24,000 nucleotides of DNA, from the NCBI RefSeq assembly GCF_000420245.1, contig NZ_ATUO01000002.1, forward strand, positions 10,628-34,627, written 5' to 3'. A program made the translations under genes and the position numbers. The number at the start of each line of letters is the position of its first letter. The stretch's first letter is position 1. This document shows, in pieces, positions 17,453 to 24,000 of this stretch. The notes under the pieces were generated by a model, which saw nothing but the letters and a program-made list of their open reading frames with translations, had not been told where the DNA came from and searched no databases. Source of the DNA: Psychromonas hadalis ATCC BAA-638. GTDB taxonomy: Bacteria; Pseudomonadota; Gammaproteobacteria; Enterobacterales; Psychromonadaceae.

Positions 17453-18793
17453 ATCTTTTAGGTTAGGTTTTATTCCCTGTGATTCGGGTAAAATAAAGTA
17501 ATGGCATGGTTGTTTATAGGAAACAAGTTTGTCTCCTATAAACGCTTGCAGCTGTCGTACTTGTTCGGCCTCTTTCCAACGGATAAAAGCAATCGGGCGT
17601 TGTCCATAAATAGCATCATCTATTGGCAATACAACGGCTTGTTGTACCTCTGCATAGCCAAGTAGTACTTTTTCAATCTCTTCGGGTTGAATATTTTCGC
17701 CTCCCGAGATAAATAGCCTATCTTTTCTCCCCATTATTTTTACAGTTTTCTGTTTTAATTTACCCAGATCAGCGCTAGCAAAGTAGCTGTTTTTATCAAT
17801 CAGGCTATTGTTAATGTCACCTGTAAAATACCCTGTAAAACGTGTCTCTCCAGAGAGGTGAATCTCTCCCGCTACTATTTTTAATAACCGATAAGGCAGT
17901 AGTTTCAGATCGTTGCTATTGGTTGATGTTGCTATTTGTGAAGCCATCTCGGTTGAGCCATAACTGAGGTGGTAGGTAAATCCTCGTTTTTTAGTGGTCT
18001 GTAATAGTTTTTCAGAGAAAGCGCTACCGCCTAATAAAAGGTGTTTAATAGAGAGGTTTACTTGTTGAAATGCTTGCTCTTGTAAGAGCATTTGTAGTTG
18101 TGCATTCACTAATGAAAGGTGGGTTATTTTGTCCTTTTTTAATCCCTGAATATTCACTTTATTATTCGATATTTTGAGTGTTGCCCCCGCCAATAAAGTG
18201 CGTATCACGGTGGCATAACCACTAATATGAAAGAGGGGTAATGACAGTAAGTTTTTATCGCCTTGATCTAAAGGTATTACTGTCTGTGACCCTAATGCGC
18301 TGTAATAATGGTTGCTAAAATGGTGCATTACCGCTTTAGGGAGGCCACTACTTCCTGATGTAAAAATAATACTGATAATGGCAAATGGGTCTATCTTAAA
18401 TATTTGTTTGTTGGCTAATACGGTTGTTGCATGAGAAAAACTTAACGCTAAGTGAGAGGAGCTATTTTCTTGATAGATAAAAGGGCTATTTAATCGCTTT
18501 AAACGTTGCTCTAACTCTGTTGGACTAAATTTAGGATTAAGAGGGCAAAAAACAAAACCATGACGCAAACAAGTTAGCTGTAATAAAACCGCTGGTAAGT
18601 TGTTGCTACTAATGGAGACTAATCTGTCTCCCGTCTTCATATTTAATTTAATAAGCTGTGTACTTAGATGGCTAATATAACCATGTAATTCTGCAAAAGT
18701 AATTTTCTGGCTCTCTGTTTCTATCGCTATCAAGCTTGGATTTAACTTCGCTTGCCACGCAACAGGGCATTGATCTAATAATTCAAACTGCAT
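17414..18793 (-). CDS. menE: 2-succinylbenzoate--CoA ligase (AMP-forming)
   Basis: ANL-family motifs (IIFTSGSSGLPKAVMHHF, YGSTEMASQ, GRKDRLFISGGENIQPEEIE), adjacent to menC. ORF track start is 18814; MQFELLDQCPVAW at 18793 with ggag 8 nt upstream is preferred. Confidence 0.88.
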   Translation of the reverse strand: MQFELLDQCPVAWQAKLNPSLIAIETESQKITFAELHGYISHLSTQLIKLNMKTGDRLVSISSNNLPAVLLQLTCLRHGFVFCPLNPKFSPTELEQRLKRLNSPFIYQENSSSHLALSFSHATTVLANKQIFKIDPFAIISIIFTSGSSGLPKAVMHHFSNHYYSALGSQTVIPLDQGDKNLLSLPLFHISGYATVIRTLLAGATLKISNNKVNIQGLKKDKITHLSLVNAQLQMLLQEQAFQQVNLSIKHLLLGGSAFSEKLLQTTKKRGFTYHLSYGSTEMASQIATSTNSNDLKLLPYRLLKIVAGEIHLSGETRFTGYFTGDINNSLIDKNSYFASADLGKLKQKTVKIMGRKDRLFISGGENIQPEEIEKVLLGYAEVQQAVVLPIDDAIYGQRPIAFIRWKEAEQVRQLQAFIGDKLVSYKQPCHYFILPESQGIKPNLKDLTSIALKLLFVN

Positions 18794-19791
18794 AAACACT
18801 CCAGTTGTAAGCAATCTTGTTGCAGCTGTTTCATATTCATTAAGTGTGTGCCTGTGAAGTATTTTAGGGTATCAATGCCTAATGAGATGGTAAGTTGGTT
18901 TTTATATTGAGAGTGATAGTGCGCCGCGAGATTTTTTATTTGTTGCAAGCCTAATGCAGATTCAAATGAAGAGCTGAAACTAACCTGTAAACGGTGTTTT
19001 TGTGCAAAGGAGACTAGTTTGTCTGTTTTTTCTCTACTGCCAATCAGGCTGGGTTTAATGATCAATGCTTTAATACTGTGATGGTGTAGATAATTGAAAT
19101 TGGCCTGTTGTAATGTTTCATCTAAGCCTAATTGAAACTGGTACTGCTCTGCAAGTTGCAGATTGCTGTGATGGCTCGATGTTGGCTCTTCGATATAATC
19201 AAGTTGCTTCACATTAATCGCGCTAAAAAATTGTGCTGCTTGTTGTTTAGTCCAATTTTGATTGGCATCACAGCGGATTTTAATGTTTGGGTTTAACTGA
19301 CAGAGTTGTTGGAAGTTTAAAATGTCTGCCTCAAGCGAGTCTCTGGCTACTTTTAATTTTATAAGATTCGGTTTATTGAGTGACTGATATTGCTGAGAAA
19401 TTAAATCGTTATCAGCTTGAAGTAGTGGCACATTATCAATATTTACCTGCTGCTTTGAACTCTTTGAAGTGGTGGTAAAAAGAGAGTCTAACGCAAATTG
19501 TATGCTCTGATAGGGGCTACGATACTTCATGAGTTGGTGCTTGGTCAGATGATCACTTGCGAGTAATTTCCGCATCTCTACTGTCACGTTTGTGAGTGTT
19601 TCTTTACTAAAGCCGGGCAGTGGTGCTATCTCTGCAAAGTAGCTCTCTCCTGCTTTATCAATAAGTTGCAAAATTAACCCCTCGCGACAGCTTAATTTTA
19701 CTGTTTTGAATTGCATCGCAATTTTGAAAGACTGTTGATAGATAAACAGTTTTGCTTGTACTAACGGTAAGTCGGTTATTTTATGGCACAT
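18775..19791 (-). CDS. menC: o-Succinylbenzoate synthase (enolase superfamily)
   Basis: Motifs PLPGFSKETL, NLIKLKVA, IRCDANQNWT, DYIEEPT, LGLDETL, ALIIKPSLIGS match MenC. ORF track start is 19926; MCHKITDLPLVQAKLFIYQQSF at 19791, overlapping the alr end, is more likely. Confidence 0.88.
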   Translation of the reverse strand: MCHKITDLPLVQAKLFIYQQSFKIAMQFKTVKLSCREGLILQLIDKAGESYFAEIAPLPGFSKETLTNVTVEMRKLLASDHLTKHQLMKYRSPYQSIQFALDSLFTTTSKSSKQQVNIDNVPLLQADNDLISQQYQSLNKPNLIKLKVARDSLEADILNFQQLCQLNPNIKIRCDANQNWTKQQAAQFFSAINVKQLDYIEEPTSSHHSNLQLAEQYQFQLGLDETLQQANFNYLHHHSIKALIIKPSLIGSREKTDKLVSFAQKHRLQVSFSSSFESALGLQQIKNLAAHYHSQYKNQLTISLGIDTLKYFTGTHLMNMKQLQQDCLQLECLCSLNY

Positions 19792-20866
19792 ATTGCAGAG
19801 CAACACGCGAGGTAAGTTTGCTGACCAACTCGTAAGCGATAGTACCAATATGGTTTGCAACTTGCGTGGCAGGTAAGCCATCACCCCATAGCGTGACATC
19901 ATCACCCACTTGATCGTGACAATCACTCCCTAGATCAACGGTTAACATATCCATTGAAATACGACCCACGATTGGGACAAGACGGCCATTTACCAAAACA
20001 GGCGTACCCTCTGGCGCCATACGTGGATAACCATCGCCATAACCCACGGCAACCACACCTAAAATGGTCTCTTTTTTTGACGTCCAATTTGCACCGTAAC
20101 CGACACTCTCACCCGCTTGATGTGTGCGTACTGCAATCAGTTGTGATTTTAGGGTCATGACTGGCTGTAAATTAAAGTCATCCGCGCGCTTATCTGCAAA
20201 AGGAGAGATGCCATACAGGGCAATGCCGGGACGAATAACATCTGCATGGGTTGCTGGCCAAGCAAGTGTAGCAGCAGAGTTGGCTAATGAATTTAAGCCA
20301 CTGTCTGTTTTTATGTGCTCTGTGAAAAAGGCAAGTTGCTTACTGGTTATGTTGTTATCTAACTCATCAGCACAATGAAAATGGGTGATGAGATGAATCG
20401 GTTGTATGACGTTTTTTGATTGCTTTAACCTTTGATAAGCACAGTCAAACTGCTCGCCATGAAAACCTAAACGGTGCATACCGGTATCAAGCTTTAACCA
20501 TACCTGTAGCGGTTTATCTAATTTAGCCTCTATGAGTGCTTCAAGTTGCTGTTGTGAATGGATAACGGTTTGCAGGTTATATTGTTGCAAGGTATTAATA
20601 TCATTGGCATGAAAAAAACCTTCAAGTAGAACGATCGGTGTCGTTATGCCTTTATCTCGCAGTAACAACGCTTCATTAAGACGTGCGACACCGAGTGCAT
20701 GAATCCCTTTTAGTGCTTGCGCAATTTTCACCATGCCATGACCATAAGCGTTGGCTTTTACCACTGCTAAAATTTGGCTGTTAGGTGCTTTTTTTTGCAA
20801 CACCTTTTGGTTATGCCGCAAGGCGCTTAAGTTAATGACTGCATGTGTAATGCTACTGCTATTCAT
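19781..20866 (-). CDS. alr: Alanine racemase (PLP-dependent)
   Basis: VINLSALRHNQKVLQKKAPNSQILAVVKANAYGHGMVKIA PLP-lysine motif; GYGDGYPR; GRISMDMLTVDL. ORF track start is 20893; MNSSSITHAVIN at 20866 with upstream aggag is preferred. Confidence 0.96.
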   Translation of the reverse strand: MNSSSITHAVINLSALRHNQKVLQKKAPNSQILAVVKANAYGHGMVKIAQALKGIHALGVARLNEALLLRDKGITTPIVLLEGFFHANDINTLQQYNLQTVIHSQQQLEALIEAKLDKPLQVWLKLDTGMHRLGFHGEQFDCAYQRLKQSKNVIQPIHLITHFHCADELDNNITSKQLAFFTEHIKTDSGLNSLANSAATLAWPATHADVIRPGIALYGISPFADKRADDFNLQPVMTLKSQLIAVRTHQAGESVGYGANWTSKKETILGVVAVGYGDGYPRMAPEGTPVLVNGRLVPIVGRISMDMLTVDLGSDCHDQVGDDVTLWGDGLPATQVANHIGTIAYELVSKLTSRVALQYVP

Positions 20867-22259
20867 CTTGATAGGCAGCTCCTGTATAATCATCGAAGCG
20901 TGAATATTTCCCTTGGAATGTTAAGCGTATTTTACCAATCGGGCCGTTACGTTGTTTGCCAATGATAATCTCAGCAATGCCTTTATCGTTACTTTCGTCG
21001 TTATAAACTTCATCACGATAGATAAACATAATTAAATCAGCATCCTGCTCTATCGCACCTGATTCACGTAGGTCAGAGTTAATGGGACGTTTATCAGCAC
21101 GTTGCTCAAGGCCACGGTTTAACTGAGAAAGGGCAATAACAGGACAACGTAATTCTTTGGCGAGTGCTTTTAAAGAGCGTGAAATCTCTGAAATTTCTAA
21201 AGTTCGGTTTTCAGTGAGTGAAGGAACACGCATCAGTTGCAGGTAATCGATCATGATCAGACTTACCCCGCCATGGTCACGTGCAATACGACGTGCGCGT
21301 GAGCGAAGCTCTGTTGGCGTCAAGCCTGAACTATCATCAATAAACATATTACCTTGGTTAAGCAGAATAGACATGGTTGATGACAGTGATGCCCAATCGT
21401 TTTCATCAAGCGCACCTGTCCTTATTTTACTTTGATCGATACGTCCTAGTGAGGCTAGCATACGATTCATAATTTGATCCGCAGGCATCTCTAATGAAAA
21501 AATAATGGTGGGTTTATCGGCATTTAATGCAGCATGTTCAGCAATGTTCATCGCAAACGTGGTTTTACCCATCGATGGGCGCGCTGCAATAATAATCAAG
21601 TCACCGGGTTGGAAACCCGTGGTCATCTGATCCAAATCGTTATACCCCGATGATAACCCAGTAATACCATCGCGCGGATTTTTACAAAGATCATCAATAC
21701 GTGCCACGGTTGCTTTTAATATATCTTTAAGAGGTTGTGGTCCTTCACTTTTATTGCTTCGCGCTTCTGCTATTTGGAATACTTTTGTCTCTGCAAAATC
21801 AAGTAGTTCTGCACTGTCGCGTCCCTCTGTTTCGTAACCTGCTTCCGCTATCTCGTTGGCAACACCAATTAACTCGCGCACAATGGCGCGTTCGCGGACG
21901 ATATCAGAATAGTTATTGATATTAGCGGCACTTGGGGTATTTTGTAATAACTCCGCTAAATAAGCGATACCACCGACACCTTCCAATTCTTGATTGTTTT
22001 CAAGGTGTTCAGAAAGGGTGACTAAATCAACGGGGACATCTTCACCACTTAAGCTTTCAATGGTGGCAAAAATAGTACGATGGGCGCGATGATAAAAATC
22101 ACGCTCTACAACGCGCTCTGCTACATCGTTCCACGCGTCATTTTTAAGTAATAAACCGCCAATAATCGCCTGTTCCGCCTCAAAAGAATGCGGGACTGTT
22201 TTTATCTCTGAAACGGTTTTATTTTTACTTTTTGGAAAGTAAGGGGCTTTGTCTGCCAT
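20859..22259 (-). CDS. dnaB: Replicative DNA helicase
   Basis: 466-aa ORF with Walker A ARPSMGKTTFAMN, DYLQLM, ALSQLNRGLEQRADKRP and DLRESGAIEQDADLIMFIYRDE. Conserved dnaB-alr order. Confidence 0.98.
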   Translation of the reverse strand: MADKAPYFPKSKNKTVSEIKTVPHSFEAEQAIIGGLLLKNDAWNDVAERVVERDFYHRAHRTIFATIESLSGEDVPVDLVTLSEHLENNQELEGVGGIAYLAELLQNTPSAANINNYSDIVRERAIVRELIGVANEIAEAGYETEGRDSAELLDFAETKVFQIAEARSNKSEGPQPLKDILKATVARIDDLCKNPRDGITGLSSGYNDLDQMTTGFQPGDLIIIAARPSMGKTTFAMNIAEHAALNADKPTIIFSLEMPADQIMNRMLASLGRIDQSKIRTGALDENDWASLSSTMSILLNQGNMFIDDSSGLTPTELRSRARRIARDHGGVSLIMIDYLQLMRVPSLTENRTLEISEISRSLKALAKELRCPVIALSQLNRGLEQRADKRPINSDLRESGAIEQDADLIMFIYRDEVYNDESNDKGIAEIIIGKQRNGPIGKIRLTFQGKYSRFDDYTGAAYQDE

Positions 22260-22278
22260 GTTAAATCCTGAGTTTTGA

Positions 22279-22641
22279 TTAGGTTAAAAAGAGGATCTCA
22301 ATCCAAATATAGGCTGTTAATAGTAGCGCGATTAATACCGCTGCCGAGCCCATGTCTTTTGCTCTGCCTGAAAGCACATGTTTTTCTGTGCCTATTCTAT
22401 CAACGATCGCTTCAATTGCAGAGTTGATTATTTCTATAATGATCACTAAGAAAATAGGTGCAATCAATAAGATACGTTCAACTTGGGAGACATCAATATA
22501 ATAAGCAAGCGGAATTAAAATCGCCGCTAGCAAGAGTTCTTGGCGAAAAGCAGCTTCATGTTGAAAAGCACTTTTAAGCCCTTGTAAGGAGTAACCTGTT
22601 GCAAGGAAAATACGTTTCAACCCTGTGTTTTTTTGCTCCAC
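22279..22641 (-). CDS. dgkA: Diacylglycerol kinase
   Basis: 120-aa membrane protein with EAAFRQELLLA, EIINSAIEAIVDRIG and LSGRAKDMGSAAV motifs. Confidence 0.96.
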   Translation of the reverse strand: MEQKNTGLKRIFLATGYSLQGLKSAFQHEAAFRQELLLAAILIPLAYYIDVSQVERILLIAPIFLVIIIEIINSAIEAIVDRIGTEKHVLSGRAKDMGSAAVLIALLLTAYIWIEILFLT

Positions 22642-22751
22642 CGTGAGACCTATTGCATAATGAGTTAGGGGCTTACTTTAGCAAAAGGTCTCTTGAAGAT
22701 CACGGCTAATTTGGCGTTTTCCGATAACCATGTTGTTGATATTTCATATAC

Positions 22752-22824
22752 TATACCCATGTTACCTCAATATGCGTTGCTGAGTTTGCATCTTAAAGTA
22801 TCATCTTGAAATATCATGGGTATA
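22752..22824. repeat. Small MITE-like palindromic element (about 73 bp)
   Basis: TATACCCATG at 22752-22761 matched by CATGGGTATA at 22815-22824. Symmetry extends imperfectly to 19 of 23 terminal bases (TATACCCATGTTACCTCAATATG vs TATACCCATGATATTTCAAGATG). Confidence 0.6.
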
Positions 22825-22904
22825 CATATTATTTGAGGGGGATCTCGTTATCTGCTTTTAGTTTAACCTGCAAGAAAACGGGCGTTGAGTCATAGTTGAT
22901 ATGG

Positions 22905-23524
22905 CTATTTCATGAATGCTTTGCCCATTTTTTCTGTCCAATTATCAGCCCAAGCAAAAGTTTCATTTTTATCAAGTGTTGTGAAATCAGAGTTAACAGA
23001 GGGATTATAAGGCTCTGATGATTGGTAAGTGATGGCGATATTGTCTTGTGCTTTTTCAAACCTCTCTTTGTTAGGAAGATTGCGTAACATGCCTGTTCTG
23101 AGATGGTGACTCACAGATAACATTGTTTCATCAATATTAAGGGTGCCAGCTCCCATCATAGTTTTGATTTCACTGTGATTCTCATCTAAATACCATAATA
23201 TTTTGAAAACCATCATAATCTTTACTGGTAATGGTTGCGCCACCTTTTACATCCAGAATCAAACGTGTGTACAGAGTGTCACTGTTCATGCGGATTATCT
23301 GTATTCGCAAAATCCCTTGATGGTCTAATAACATTAACTTGGCCTTGGCTTTGATCTCACTCTTTTAAATAAGCTTTATAGAGTCAGCATGAATAAAGTT
23401 TTTGTTGGTTACGACGACTCCACTTTCTGTAACATTTTCTGTTGGACTTGCCATTGTAATATTAGTAACCATCGCGACACTTGATAAGCATTATCGCTGA
23501 TAAAATTTTATTTGGCTTGTTCAT
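22905..23524 (-). pseudogene. Degraded DUF1254/DUF1214-family secreted protein gene with multiple frameshifts and C-terminal truncation
   Basis: Start ATG at 23524 with RBS (aaggat) gives MNKPNKILSAIML. The frame then shifts to LSSVAMVTNITMASPTENVTESGVVVTNKNFIHADSIKLI* (23487-23365), then RMNSDTLYTRLILDVKGGATITSKDYDGFQNIMVF (stop 23182), then the 22905-23243 ORF with DENHSEIKTMMGAGTLNIDET...KAFMK*. These match consecutive blocks of DUF1254 proteins as recalled. Confidence 0.72.
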
Positions 23525-23763
23525 AAAAATATCCTTAATTTAAGAGTGATGAAGGTTGCGTTAATCAATTAATCGGAACTGGTGTGGTGCGGAGTGTCGG
23601 CTATATAGTTATAATAAGAAAGTTGCCTTAGTGTGGCTGAGGATAATGATTTTTAGAGCCTCCTCCTGTATAATTTTTAGTTAAAGGGTGTTAGTTTCTA
23701 ATGCTCTTTTTGAATGTTTTGTATTCACACTTTGATTTTAATATTGATTTATAAGGTTATTCG

Positions 23764-24000
23764 ATGACTACTCTTTATTTTATGCGTCACGCTGAAAGTG
23801 AGGCAAACCTCTCTAATATTTTAGCTTCACAATTAGACTTTCCTCTAACAGAAAAAGGCAAGCTGGATGCTGCTCAGATAGCACAAGAGGTACTGCAGTT
23901 TCACCCGATAGATCATATTATTAGTTCGCCTCTTATACGTGCTAAACAAACTGCCGCACCTTTTGAAACATTATTTAAATTAACAGCAGATACTGATGCA
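23764..24000 (+). CDS. Histidine phosphatase (phosphoglycerate mutase-like/SixA-type) family protein, 3' truncated by window end
   Basis: MTTLYFMRHAESEANLSNILASQLDFPLTEKGKLDAAQIAQEV...IISSPLIRAKQTAAPF: RHA motif and SSPLxRAxQTA motif. Confidence 0.88.
   Translation, partial: MTTLYFMRHAESEANLSNILASQLDFPLTEKGKLDAAQIAQEVLQFHPIDHIISSPLIRAKQTAAPFETLFKLTADTDA

Noticed and set aside
19792-19926. N-terminal extension of the menC ORF
   Set aside because: It runs antiparallel to nothing but deeply overlaps the same-strand alr coding end in another frame. MenC-like sequence starts only after the internal Met at 19791.
22905-23243. 112-aa ORF considered as a novel standalone protein
   Set aside because: Upstream DNA encodes matching N-terminal blocks of a DUF1254-like protein in shifted frames, so it is better explained as a pseudogene fragment.

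Overview
This 24 kb window is mostly ordinary gammaproteobacterial (marine, Psychromonas/Shewanella/Vibrio-like by inference) chromosome. From left to right it holds: the conserved aroK(end)-aroB-damX-dam-rpe-gph-trpS block on +; an Ig-like, D-rich lipoprotein on +; a minus-strand YjfI (DUF2170) / YjfJ (PspA-IM30 family) / YjfK (DUF2491) / small RHH-like protein cluster; glnE on +; a REP-associated tyrosine transposase (RAYT-like) bracketed by two copies of a 61-bp module with perfect 25-bp palindromic arms; an LpxL-family acyltransferase on -; a PAS-GGDEF diguanylate cyclase on +; and a tightly packed minus-strand series dgkA-dnaB-alr-menC-menE. The right end carries a small MITE-like palindrome, a frameshifted DUF1254-family pseudogene and the start of a histidine phosphatase gene. 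The best candidates for a closer look are the RAYT/palindrome unit, whose 3' palindrome encodes the transposase C-terminus and stop, and the PspA-like cluster with a small uncharacterised putative RHH partner. I see no CRISPR array, no rRNA and no evident tRNA. I found no clear evidence of a wholly new defence system.
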